Assembly (NCBI GenBank): GCA_973895155.1
Contig: OZ316893.1
Span: 7,588,963-7,652,962, forward strand
DNA: 64,000 bases
DNA from: Marsupella aquatica
Taxonomy: Eukaryota; Plantae; Marchantiophyta
Direction: 5' to 3'
The position numbers and the translations under genes were made by a program. Shown piece by piece: positions 11,170 through 24,327 of this stretch (positions within the stretch are counted from its first letter, which is position 1; each line of letters opens with the position of its first letter). Below the pieces are notes generated by a model, which was given only the letters and a program-made list of their open reading frames with translations, did not search any database and was not told the origin of the DNA.

Positions 11170-11645
11170 GTAGGACCTGTTTGTCTAACTCCATAGCCCT
11201 CATCACCCTGCTCAGCACATCCCCACAAAAAGGAGTGATCAACCAGGTCGTAGGTTTGGTGAAATCTGTTAGAGGCGGGGTTAGAGGAAAACTAGAGGCT
11301 GCTGATGAATCAGTGCCAGCCCTTGAGCTAGCTTACAATAGATCATCATATTGTAGAGTATATCCTTTCCTTCCATAAACCCAATCTGTTGCCTGTCAAC
11401 AAGTCTATTTGCCACTTTCTTGATCCGGTTAGCCTGCAAATTTGGCTAGCAAAAAGCCTGCAAATTTGGCTAACATTTTTGCTGTTAAAGTGAGCATATA
11501 TGGTCAATGGCCTCCAGTTGACAAACTCCAGGGTGTCTTGATTTGGTATCAGTTTGATTACTCCACCAGAAGCCCGAGTACGTTGTGAACTTTTTGTCTC
11601 TCCAATAAGCATGTACCATTGCTGTGCAGGAGAGGTCACTCCCAC
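11170..11645 (-). mobile_element. LINE (L1-like) reverse transcriptase relic
   Basis: Frameshifted GVIKLIPN..VNWRPLT, FHQTYDLVDHSFLW (cf. DFxKAYDRVDHxFL) and GVRQ.GP in the expected RT order. Confidence 0.65.
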
Positions 11646-12166
11646 GTAGTAGGGAAGAATCTATAATTGCATGATTTAGAAAGTTGTTTTGTCTTTTTGT
11701 GGATATCCATCTCCAAGCCCAAACACACCGGTTTATGTCATTCTTGGTCCACTTACAAACATACAATAGATGTAAATATAAAATTTTAATATGCATTTGA
11801 AGCATAAAAAGTAATGTGAGGACAAAGCAAAAATAAACTATCAAACGGGTGGAATTTGGGAACATTTCTGAAGTCAGTATAGTAATGTAAATAAATAGTA
11901 AAGAATAAATAACCAGAAACCCTTTGTTTGACCTCCTTTGAATCACTTGGCAATTGATTATTGAAGTGTTTACGGTGGGTCCTGACTTGCTACCTGTCAC
12001 TATGTACCTATCGTGTTGGGTGACCCCGCTTGTAGGAAACTATAGGCAGATGTTGGGTCTTTCCAGTAGGGCGGCTGCTGTTCTATTCACACATCTGTAC
12101 CTGGTGAATCTCATTCCAACTCAATGCATGTGATCTGAGGCTCCTAGAGTAGCTACACTCTTTACA

Positions 12167-12330
12167 GTATTTAGTTCTTAATAAACAATTACTCTCACAC
12201 ACACACAAATTATTGGATGCACCTGAATTTTCAGGCAAGTGACACTTTGTATTTAGTCTTAATAAACAATTACTCTCACAAACACCAGTTATGGGATGCC
12301 CCTGAATTTTCAGGCAAGTGACACTATTTG
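12167..12330. repeat. Tandem duplication of ~82 bp (2 copies)
   Basis: GTATTTAGT(T)CTTAATAAACAATTACTCTCAC...CCTGAATTTTCAGGCAAGTGACACT occurs from 12167 and from 12249. Confidence 0.85.
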
Positions 12331-15300
12331 TTGTCACCCCCAATTTCCTGTCAAGTCTCTTGAATGAAACAACATTTTAAGTGCAAAGCAAGTAAATAAA
12401 TGCTCTTAGAAGTTTCATGGCTTGGCCACTCAGGCTTAGTTTCCCCTGAGCTCTCTCATAGAAAATTGAAACACATAGAAATAACCAAAGATATAATTAG
12501 TTCACTGCTTGGAAAAGCTGGCAGAAATTAGCAAGATTACCACAACTCTTGAAGATATGTCCTTATATTATTCAAGCTAGGCAAGGTGGCAACTGTCTCC
12601 CTAGAATGGGAGCCTATTTAAAACTGACCAGGATATCTTAGGTGTCAAATACCCCTTTCCCAAGCATGGTTTCTAGGCAAAAAGCTAACCATGGACCCCT
12701 GCCTGGAACGTATTGTCATTGTTTGGTCATAAGCATTGGTTTGCAAAGGGGTATTAAAGCTAGCCAAAACCGTGCTTGGTCAATGATTGAAAAGAACCCT
12801 TTTGAATTTTATATCAGCAATTGTAATCCCCACAATAATCTCTTGCTTTCAGACTTAGACTGTTCCTGGACCTAATGTTAAGCCTGAGTGGATGGGTTTG
12901 ATGTGAAGCCCATTCCAAAGCTCTGAACATAAAAAATGCTCGGATAGCACTCCTTACAGTTTTGAGTGAAACCTGTAATTGGGCTCCTTATCATTTGCAT
13001 CTGGTGATCATTAGTTTACATAGTGGTAAGCCGCAAGTCACACACAAACTATTCGGGATGCCGTTAAAAAAAGTGAAGCAACCTATCTGAAGATGGTAAG
13101 TAGCTGCTCCTGCCCAAACTACAGAGGGCTTCCCTCACAAAATTGAAACGTCTATTGACAGTTAGTGTACAATATTTGACCATTTAAATTGCACTCATCA
13201 GCAATGGGGTACATGATCTCCTAAAACTTTGAAACTTGGTTAGAATACCTGTAGATTGGACATCAGAGAACATGTTGGAAAAATGAGCTTAAATAGAGAT
13301 CCACAAGTCATTCAAATAATTGCCCATTCAAATCTACAAGAAACCAACATTTTATAGATGGTCGGGACACCTGGGAGGAAACTACTTGGGAGTTACTTCT
13401 CAAAAGTGAACTTCTTCCAAAGATGACCAAACAATGTGAATTCTGTGAATTTTGGGTGTAGAGTGAAGTAACATGTGTCACAGTCCATAGGGATGGTCAA
13501 AACAAACCCCTATATATTAAGTACCGTGCAGCTCACAAGCGCTCACCTTAAAAAATAAAATAGAAAGTACCCGGTTAACCCACACGCGTTCCCCTTTCTG
13601 AAGTATTCTGAAGTTCGAACCCCGAATCAGTTGTCGTGAACTCGTGATACATTTCCGCGCCCTCGAAACGCGAACATCGCCGGGCAATAGGAGAAGATAT
13701 GCCGGCAGGGAAAAAGCACACACTTCTTCTGCGCACTCCCGCTATCGAATCCCGGCGAACACTCCTCACCGGCGTGACAGCCCGGCGACAATGGCCGGGA
13801 GGGCACTGAAGGCAGCCAACCCCGTTGCCTCACGCGATTTAAACCGCATAATTATGTCGACACGAAACTCGCGATTTTCTTTATCCTGACCGTCGTTTAC
13901 CCGTCTGCTCCCGAGAATCCCGTCCATCAAAATAGATGTGATGCACTACTATTCACGAATTCGTCGATTCTCGCCTTCCCGGGTTTTGAACGGGAAGATT
14001 CCCAAAGGCCGGCGTTGCGGTAGAATCCTTGCCTGGAAAACAGCGCGGCACGGCACGAATGAAGGACCGTGCGGGTTAAGCACCATTCGGGAGACGTGCG
14101 TTGGCGAGTTTCGCGCTTTTGATTTTACTTGTTCTGAAAAAGCACGACACCGTAGGACCCACCCCGGTACTCTGCTAAATAACCCGTGTATGGTTACGGA
14201 ACCTCACCCCTCAACCTCAACCTCAACCTCAACCCGGGCCACACAGTCGTCACTTGAGCCGTTAGTCCATCCATCCAGCACCGCACCGACGACGGTGCTG
14301 ACAACCGGTCCATCGAAGGGCGGTGGATGATCCCAGCCGGTTCCCGGTTTCCGGTACCTCGGGTAAGGTTACATGTTACATCGACCGTCACTTGCGTTTA
14401 CGGTCGCTAAATGCAATTAGTAGTGTAAGTCTAATCTGGGCGTCTGGACCGTCCTGGACAACCGAAACTATGGGAATCGTTCTTTCCTTCTCTTCTCGAC
14501 TTCTTTGCTTTGCTTTGCGTTGCTTTGCTGCTGCTTTGCTTTGCTGCTGCTGCTGTTCCTCTTCCTCCTCCATCTCCTCCGAATTCTCGAGTCCATTGCT
14601 GTGGTTGGCATCCTCTGCATCGGTCTCTCTGCATCGGTCTCTCCACTCTCTCTCGTCTATCGGTCTTTCCAGCGTGGAGGACGTCTCGTGGTTGTGAGGT
14701 TAGGATGCGGCAGGCGCGCTTGCTCCGAGAAAGGTAGACAAAAGCACTCATCACAGATTCTTGTGTTTCGTTCTCTTGACCATACGCTAATTATTCTTCA
14801 TTCCGGGAATGCTCGATACTCTTCCAGTGCTGGTGGCTGGCTCGCTGGCTGGCTGATGGCTCGCGGGCCGGGCCATTCCTGCGTTTGCGTTTGCGATTAG
14901 TCTCGTGATTCTCCTTCTATGTCTGATTGCCACGGAGAACTACTCCTACTGCTGCTGCTGCTGCTGCTGCAAGCCGCGCCTATGCTTTTTTTCTCTCTTT
15001 CATATTCGGGACCGCCATAGAGATTACGTGGAAGGACGGAGGAAAGCACGCACGGAGACGGAAGGACGGACGGACGGACTCGGCCGGAGGCAGCGGATTT
15101 GAGGAGCGCCTTGCTAGCGACGACTGTGTGTGGCTGCCAGTGCGATAGTCGAGGGAGTAGTTTCGGTACTCGTTGCAAACGAAATCTTCGGATCGAGATC
15201 CAGAGACGGATTTGCGATTGCTTTGCTTGGGACGAGGCTGGATGTCATACGGACGGGATATACTGGGATGTACGAGGAGAGACAGAACAGAGGAGGAGGA

Positions 15301-15685
15301 CGAGGAGTAGAGCGATTTCGTTAGATTAGGTGCGATTTGATGAGATTAGAGGAGATTGTGATGAGATTCGGCGATGGGATGGTGCTGGCAACCAAAGCGT
15401 GTGATTATGTAGCGTGCACAGAAGGGGAGGTGGCGGGGACGTGAGATGAGATGAGGTGAAAGAGGAGGACGAGAATTTCTGGCGGTGGCGGGCGGGAGGC
15501 ATTCGAGAAATAGTGATTACGAAGACCGTAGAAGAAGTACAAGAGAAGGAGGAGGAGGAACAGGAACAGGAGAACGGACGGTCCAACGGATGAGCCAGAA
15601 AGGGCAGGGAACTAGGAAGGCAAGGGAGAGCACCGCGTTGATGATGTGATGTGATGTGATGCTATGGCTTGGCTTACAAGTGGAC

Positions 15686-18600
15686 ATGTTGTCGTCTACG
15701 TCTCCGCAACCTGAGGTCCAACGCTCCAGAGACTCTGTCGTGATCAGGACGCATGTATTGCTTAGCCGGTGGTACAAAATTCTTTAAAGTGGAACTGTAG
15801 TTGTACGGTTTTATCTCTCGTTCCCTTCTCTCTCCCTTCCTTCCACCTCCCTCGGGATGCCTATTTCATTCCAGAAGGCGATTAATAGTGTTGCGCGAGT
15901 AAGATTTGTAGCTTGAAACATTTACTTCCATCTTCTTCACATTTCTACGGCGAGGCATCCATTAGGCCTTCGGCTGTCGGGCTTTCCTCAGGCCAAAAAG
16001 AAAGAAACCAGAGTTTTGAAAAGTAGCCTAGTTTTCCCCCAGTTTCTTCTGCTCTCCATCGTATCTTGGGGTCGGTCGAATCATTCCGCACCTCGACCTG
16101 TGGAAGATGCATGTACATGATCGTGGGTTTTTAAAAGTCGTTGTCCCTCTTTTTTTATGACCCCTCTTCAGCCTAGTTCTAATCCTTCCCTTATCTCTCT
16201 CGTTTTCCGCATGCACTGCCTTTCTCTCGTCTAAGTATACCATTTAACGTTCACCCTAGGACATCCTTCGCAACTACATATGATTCACTTCTCATCCCCG
16301 CGAAGTTGAACCTCTGTGTGAATTACACCCTGAAAGCGTATCTCTCCCCAAATTGCCCACATATCACCCCGACGAGGAGCTCCCTTGTCAAGGGGCGGAT
16401 CCTCTCGGCTTGCATCAATAGTAATGGACACTTAAGCCTATGAGGTCCATCGAATCTTTTTAGTCTGTCGGTGGTACCAAAGCGCACGTTTGTACGAAGG
16501 CTGAGGGGAAGCTCAGGCGTTCCCGTTCTCGTGAACAACAGTAATGGGGCAAGAAGTTGTCAATTCAGAGGTCGCACCGAAAGGATTACCCGATCCCGAG
16601 CCTCCAGCAGGCACCAAGTATCCTTTATAACGTCCTGTACGAGAAAACAACTATGAATTGTGCGATGAGTCTTTGTATTGGTGCGGGTTTTTTCCTTTCC
16701 AGGTTTGCCATCTTTTTGGTGCACTTTCCCCGGCATTCCCTAAAACAAAGGGGATGGATTATAGTCTACTGTTTTAGGAAAGTAGCTTCTCCCTGCTAGA
16801 TTTTATTGTTTTTTAAGAGTTGCAGTGATCAGACTGTAACATGAATCCTGAAGAGCACATAGCGAACTGCATTTGCGGTGCAATTGTGCCTGTTCTTCGG
16901 GCAGTATGTCTTCCTTGACTGGACGCAGACGTGTGGAGCACTCATACACCAGAGAATTGCTTTTGTCTTTCGCTGATCTGGAAGTTTGCAAGAAACGACC
17001 GGAAAATCTCGACCCAGTTGTTTGGAGGTAGGTGCAACTTTGGTTTCTGCAGTCTCCTGTTCTCTGCCTACGTGCGGGGATCCTAATTGATGCTGAAGTA
17101 TGTCTTTCTTGTTTTGTGTGATGGATCCCACATGCATAAGTCACATCTCGAAGGCATAGTTGCAAACATTGTAGCAATTCTTGTCTAATTTAGAGTTGTG
17201 ACGTATCTTTGGGTGTATCTGTATTCTCTTTGACTTGAATGGGGTTCCTCAATATAGGTTACTCCTCTGATTCACACGGGTCTTATACTTGATGCAGAGA
17301 TGCCCCTGCCGCTGATGCCGTAGAGGGTGGAATTGCGATACCAGCGCATTCTTCTCGTGGTTTGGTCCGCAGAGACAGCAGAGAAAGGTAATTGCCTGCT
17401 TCACAACCCTAAATGTCACGAAGAATTGGCAAGCTGGGGTTTATGTCTCCTTCAGTAGAATCTTTATTCATTCTTCTCTATTGTAGTTGAGAATTGTATA
17501 ATTGGTGCTGGTTGCCCTCAAGCTTCTTAGTGGACAGCCTAGGATTCTTTGGTGTATGTCTTGATTTACATTCATTGTTTAAATGAGTTAGGATCTGTAT
17601 GTGGAGTGGTTTGCCCGGCCTTTTTGTGACATGTGCGACCGTGATCAATGCAGTGAGGCTTTCAGCAAGTCGCCTGTGGACATTCCAGAATGGCGAAAAG
17701 ACTCCTGGAGATCAGCAGGTAGTGGTGCCTTAGTCCCTCAAGGTCCTAGGCGCAAGCCATATGATGAGGAACCTCCTGGGAATGCCTTCTCGACGAGCTA
17801 TCCACCAAGACCAGCCGGAACCTGGGGGGAGAATGGTCATCAGCGTAACAACTTTGAGAGGCCTCCTCTACAAGGGCAAGGGTCTGGTCGATGGGAGCAC
17901 CGTCCCGGATTTCCAGATAGAGAGAGGGAACCAGGACGGCCCCTACAAAAGTGGGATAGCGAAGAAATAGGTATGTTACCCATTCAGCAGGAGTTCCTGG
18001 TCGGTGATCAGCGGATGTCTGGGGTTTGTGGGCTTGACAGATTAGCAAAATGGATCGAGTGAAACTTTGCAATTCATTCTGTAAAGTTGACAGAATATTG
18101 AGACATCTGCCTAGTCAATTCTGTTTTCTTTCTCGGGGATTCTTTTACTTGGATGGAATCTTAACAATGTTAATTTTCGAGGGCTGGATGGTGTGAATCT
18201 TTACTGCTTGTTCACAACCGTATTGCACCCAGTCTTGCATTTTTTTGGGCCAGAGGTTCTCTCGTAGGTCATTGTCAGTCCTGTCGGAGGTGCACGGAGC
18301 AAAACTTTGTACTCCGTTTCTTCCTATATTTTTCTTGCGTCTTGTTGAACGTGGCATGGAGTATTACTGAAATCAAGAACTGGGCTCCTTGTGCTCTAAA
18401 TGCAGTAATTGTTCGAGTATGGTTTGAATGATCCTCTATTTTGTCGATTCTGTGGATCCTTTATTTCGAGCAAGAGTTACAAGTTTGCAACTGGATAAGT
18501 GGAGATTTTTGATTGCTTCCAGGAAACAGATTTGTCTGGCTTTGACAGATACTAACGGTGTTTAGGTTTGTTGGCCAGAGCTACTACTCTTAAGTATGTT

Positions 18601-21600
18601 TTTTCCGAACTTCTAGTATTACGTGACATCGTTTGTACCAATTTATATCCTGACAGCTAAATTTGGTTCCCAGTTGCAGCACCGATTGTGCCACTTGAGG
18701 CCCTTCGCCCTGATGTGCCACGACCATTTGGAAGTACTGGTACTGTTGTGCGCCCAGGATGGCTTCCTGCAGAACGTGATGGACTTTTGGGAAGTGGGGG
18801 AGTTCTCCACAGAACTTACACAGGAAATTTCCCCACACCGAGTGCCCTCAGGGCTGGTCCAGAACGTCAAATGAGCATGGGGCCACCCGAGCGTCAAATG
18901 AGCCTGGGGTTACCAGAGCGTCAAATGAACATGGGGCCAGCGGAGCGACAAATGAACCTGGGGCCAGCGGATCGGCAAATGAGCCTGGGACCACCAGAGC
19001 GTCAAATGAGCATGGGATTACCAGAGCGACAAAATAGCTTCGGACGTGGAGTTGCCAGAAACACTGAGCCGTATCATCCATCTCGTCCACTGAAGGTGAT
19101 GATTCATCACTTTATGTACTTGATGCTATCTGGCCGTAAATGGTACAAACAACACATTGGTGGGTCGCATTCGAGTTCTGAAATGCTGCTGTTTTTGAAT
19201 TTCAGCAGGGACCTACTTTTGGACGACGAGAAGAGACTGATTTTGTCAACGATGAAACGTTTGGCTCCGAAAACAGTACAACAGATGATCGATCTGAGCA
19301 GGAGCGAAAGCGCAGAGGTATGATTTGCTATGGCATCTTATTTTTACTCTGCGGGATAATTTGGGAAATTTACTCTGTTTTAACAATCCTTGCTTCAACA
19401 CAGCGAATGCTGGTACATCAGTTGGTAGCCTTTTATATTCACCCGACTGGATAGTAACTGTGTTATTTCTTCCATACTATAGTTCATGGTTGTACTTCTC
19501 GATTTTTGTGTATGGTTTAACTTGTGACGAGCTCGCAAAGTATTTGAAACTTTACAATGCACCTGCTGTAATGGCGAACCAAACTGCAGACATTCCTATC
19601 CGAAAAATGCATGTATTTTCTGTGATGGTCTTCTGCCACCCGAACTTAGCGAGAGCGCTGATCCCAGAGTGCACCAATGAATCTTGCTTTATATTATCTT
19701 GCATGTATATTATCAGAAGCTAGAACAGAAACTGTCGTACAGGCTGGTGTGGGTATTGCAACCTCACCATTGGTAGCTTTGATGGTCTGCTTGCGGAATG
19801 AAGGGAAAAATTGGCCGAATAAACTAGATGTCTTGCGCCGATACCTTCTTAGACCACCTGTATATTTGCACTCTTGAGAATTTAACAAGGTGTAGTCGTT
19901 TGTCTGGATGATCCTTTTGAGCTTCACGAAAACTTCTTACTGTTGTCACTTATCTCCTACCTGAAATGTAACCTGTACGCAGAGTCATTCGAATTGATGA
20001 GAAAAGATCATCAACGTCTACTCCAAAAGCAGCAGAAAATTCTCTCACAAAAGCATGAAGAGAGGCTGGCCAATCCAGAGTCAAATGCCAGCAGGAAGCA
20101 TGATGAGAGCGCGCTTTGGGATTCTGGTCTTTCTTCTGATGTAATTCCATCTTCTCCACCCAGGTCCCCAGAGAAAAGAGTCTCTGATTCTGAGACTACT
20201 TCAGCTTCAGTGTCGACACCTTTGGTGGCACCATCAACCCCTCGGCCGGCCATACCTCCTGGATTTGCTAAAGTCGTGCAGCACAAGCAGAGCACTCTAA
20301 AGGCATCTTCCACACAGGAGAGTCTGTTGGAGGTATGTCGACATTCGTTTGTTGTCTCCTAATGGCAATGCAAGCTTTTGGAATATTTTTCTGATGTATG
20401 TAGAGGTTTTGCTCATTGCTTTTTTTGAAACTAATGTCTGTTTGTACTCGTGTGTGCCAGGGAACCAATATGGAGGCAAACGATATTCAGAAGCAGATTG
20501 GGTTGCAGGGTGAGTCTGCAGCTTCATCTCAGGAGAAAGGTTTTGGGGATGGTCCTGTCAAAGTAACTGACAAATTGTTACTCAAACCTCAAGATTCTTT
20601 GGACAAGCCTGAAGTAGGCGATCCTTTAGTACCCAAGATGCCTGCTGAGTTGGTTTCGCTGGCTACCCCTACAGAAGCACATGATGAGATGTCACAATTA
20701 AAGCGTTCTATACCAAGGGCTGGTGAGGAGAAAGTGGACTGGGTCTTACCTACCGAAGGCAGACACAGTGACAAGAAGAAGGGGATTTCAAGCGATGAAG
20801 GGATGGAAGAGAATATTGTAATTGGTGAAGAGTACAATACTAGTCAAGAGTCGTTGCTCGACAAATTTTTTGGCAAGCCTAAATTGGAGAAAGAGTCTTT
20901 AAAAGACGGAGGGCTTCCTGTCCCTACTTTGGCCGAGGGGGTAAGTCTTATAACGTAACACCTTTAAGGTTGCTTTGAGCTACAATTTATCATTCGATTT
21001 GTACCCAGGATTTGATGTTGACGGAGTTGGTCTTGAAACGTTACAGCCCTGCAGTGTGATGTATTGTCTGGTTTGGTCACTCTGGCATTGGCCAAATCAG
21101 TACGAGTTCTGGAAATTCGATATGCGATCTGACCGTCCTATGCCTGGGGATTCTGGGTTTTCAGTCACAGATCAGAATCCCGAACGAGGATGCTTGGTCA
21201 GAAGGTGATTCAACGATGTCAAAGTTTGCGCAGTGGTTCCATCAAGAAGGTAAATTGTCAGTTTGCAAGAGTGCGGACAATCCATTCTCTCTTGTCTTTG
21301 TTGACAATTTACGGATAACGATCCCAAGTTCAACTTATGCATGAAATAATTGATAAGTTTCTTGTTAATTTTTTTATCTTCGCAAGAGTCGTAATTTGGT
21401 GGCTCATTGAAAAGTTTTGAGCACTTTATCCCTTGAGAATCCACCTGGAGGTAGAACTCAGGAGAATTTGGAGCTCGAGTAGATTGGATTGTGCCAAGTC
21501 AAGCAATGTTATGTCAGTTGCACACCTGTAATTTCTCCTGATAGTTCTTTTTTGAATTGTTTGTGCCGCAGAGAAGCAGTCGAAAGACGGTGCAGGAGTG

Positions 21601-24327
21601 TCACCTGATATGCTGTCATTGTTACAAAGTGGTGGTATAGCGAAGGGGCCTTCAAATTTACCTTCAGAACATGCTCTGTCTGGTCAAGAGGGTCCACCAA
21701 AATCGAACCGTGTAAATGTGCCCCGGAATCATGGCCGGATCGTGCCGATGCCATCTGGACCTTCGCTGGAGGATATCGAGAAGGGTCTAAAAGAAAATGC
21801 GAGCTCTAGTCAAGAACAAGCTGTTACCAAGGTGCCAAGTTTTATGGGTACCCTGTCCTTGAAAATTCTAGATGTTGAACCAAAGGGTGATGCTATGAGT
21901 GGTGTTTTTGGAGAACATTCTCCTGTTGGAAAATTTAATTTTCGGCCTCTCCCATCCCAGAGACAATCTGCGTCGAAATCATCCCCTGTTTTCCTAACTT
22001 GTGAGGATATTGAGCAATCTATGCTAGCTGAGGCTGGGACGACTGTCGAAAAAGTCCTACCCAACTTAACTCGACCTTCACGGGCACGTGGCCCGTCAAA
22101 TGGAAAGGATGGACAGGCTGCTGACAGTGCGTCTCGCCATCTTTTATCTCTTCTGCAAAAAGGCGCATCTGGAGGGAAGCTTTCCCCAGGGAAGAGTTGG
22201 TCCGGTCACGCAGAGCCTAGTGGGGCTGCAGGAAAGACTCTTGTCGATCGCTACCATGATGCCGATGACAACGACCTGAGTGAAGCTAACAAGAAATCTC
22301 CCAGCGATAATGCTACTCTGGAGGCTTTGTTTGGAAAGGCATTTATGAGTGAATTGAGATCAGTAGAGGCACCGCTTTCAGCTAATGCTAATGCGAGTGA
22401 CTATCTTGGCAGCATGGACGGACCACAGGCTTTGCCTGGTATATACCCGATCAGCAGGCAGTCGACTGGGAGGGCAAATAATGCACCTGCCAACACCAAT
22501 GTCTTACAGGAGTGGCCAGGTACATTAGGGCCTTTGGCCAGTATGGGTTGGATGGATAATAATGTACTCGAAACTACCAGACTTGGAGCTGTGAAAGATG
22601 TAACTGGTCCTAATACAAAGGTCAATCATTTTGTGGCTCTTGACAAAGAGGATGGTCGCACAGTAACCTCATCGGGGCACGGGTTCTGGGGAAATGGCGT
22701 AAACTCCCATACATCTGATGGAAGCCTTCCAATCAATACCGGTGTTGGGAATAAGGGCAGTTTTGTTAGTAGTGCTGAAAGCACTTCATTTAGGGTAGGT
22801 GATCTTACAGGGAACTCTGTGAAAGGTAAAGGGCATCTGAGTAGGGTTCATAATTCTGATTTAGATATTCGTAGCGGTTCTAACGTAATCGGAGATGGGA
22901 AAATCTTACCATCAGGAAACTTCGTATCTGGGCAGTTGAGGGGTTCAGAAGACAATTCTTTGCCTGTGAGTCCGGGGAATGTTCGGTCTAGTGACGAGCC
23001 TGTCATTGGTCCAAGTGCAGCCCTTGATTCATCTGGACTACCACAAAATTTCAAAGAGGATGGCTTGGCTAAAAGGGTAGGAGACATTTCCACGGCAATG
23101 TTTGGGGTGGGAGACCTCTCAATCACGAGGGGGGAAACTAGTGCAGGTGTTAGCCAGGGCATTGATGGTTTTCTCTCAGCGTCACGGAAGATAGATCGGA
23201 TGGAGACTCTGGAGGATATTCTTGCTGGTGACAAGATAGGTTTAGGGGATACTGGAAATTCTGGAAGTGATAGGAAGATGGCAGATTCCTTTTCAGATAC
23301 GTTGGCTTTTATTGGAAAAGCGAAGGATGCGAATTCAAGAGTGTCACCTATTCCGACAGGAGGCTTACCGGAGCAAGCCAACCCCGGCCTGTCACGGTCA
23401 AATAGCAATTCCATTAGGTTTAAGAACAACGTTGGACCACTGCAGCTTACTTCGCAGTTCAACGCTTACCCAGTTGGCTCCCCTCTTCAGCATCAGCAAT
23501 CTATTGGAACATTGTACAGATCCGATTCAGCAACGTCGCTTTCACTTCAACGCCAACAACAGTCAATTCCTGTTCAGCATCACTTGCAACAGAGTCCAGG
23601 TTCTGGGATGCCAATGTTCCCTCCGCAGCAATTCCACCCTCAGCCTGGTCTACCTCAACAGCAACAGCTCCTGGGTCGAACTTTCAGTAATGGCGGCTCA
23701 TTGGAGTTTCCTCATCTCCCATTTGGTCATGCACCTTCAACTCCACCAAACAGGCAATTATCAGCGGGGCCTATGCATTTCCCACCAGTACCACATGGAC
23801 ATCTATCTCCACCTGGGGCTTATCCTCCCATGGGACATATGGGTCCTACTCCTAATCACTTTTTGCCTTCCCCTCAGATGCCCCAGCGTGGACCAAACAT
23901 GTCTCCAATGGGTGACGGGCATATGTTTATGTCTGAACAGTCTATGCATGATCCACATGGTCTTGGTTCCAAGCCGGGTTCTCAGCAAGGCCCATCTCTT
24001 TTTCCTCTTGGTGGCCATGCTTTGCCGTCAGGACAAGGACCTATGTTCCACCAGCCTCTCCCCCACAATCTGCGAGGACAACAGAACCAGCTTCTGCCGG
24101 GACCTTCTCCATGGGATCTGCGTTCGTATTCTTCTGAATTGATGAGAACTTCGAGTAAGGGCCAAGAGTTAAGTGGTTTTGTCAATGGTAATGGAGGGGG
24201 AGCCAATTCATTGGACAGGTGGTTTGGTATGGAGCTGTCTCGAAATGTCTCTGGCATACCTACCCCTGGTCTCTTGCAAGTATCACCCCATGTGTTGGAT
24301 GCCGATAGTAAGGTGCGATTTGGATAG
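15686..24327 (+). CDS. CBE1: CBE1-like eIF4E-binding protein (Conserved Binding of eIF4E 1 family), multi-exon
   Basis: Exons read with consistent phase: 15686-15768 (tentative start, alternative ATG 15659), 16929-17027, 17298-17387, 17654-17970, 18680-19095, 19206-19317, 19983-20332, 20461-20940, 21165-21249, 21572-24327. Family motifs: YTRELLL (eIF4E-binding YxxxxLphi), DGLLGSG, EPYHPSRP, NDETFGS..ERKRRESFELMRK, IPPGF, SKFAQWF, LTCEDIEQS, ASRHLLSLLQKG, TLEALFG.AFM.EL, LDRWFGME. Confidence 0.85.
18859..19047 (+). repeat. Coding tandem repeat, 7 x 27 bp (PERQMS[M/L]G[P/L])
   Basis: PERQMSMGP-PERQMSLGL-PERQMNMGP-AERQMNLGP-ADRQMSLGP-PERQMSMGL-PERQNSFGR within the exon at 18680-19095. Confidence 0.92.

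Noticed and set aside
13517-15586. Many short ORFs in the CpG-rich region upstream of CBE1
   Set aside because: They arise from a GC-rich promoter/leader and microsatellites ((CCTCAA)n, (GCT)n, (GGA)n) and show no protein-like signal.
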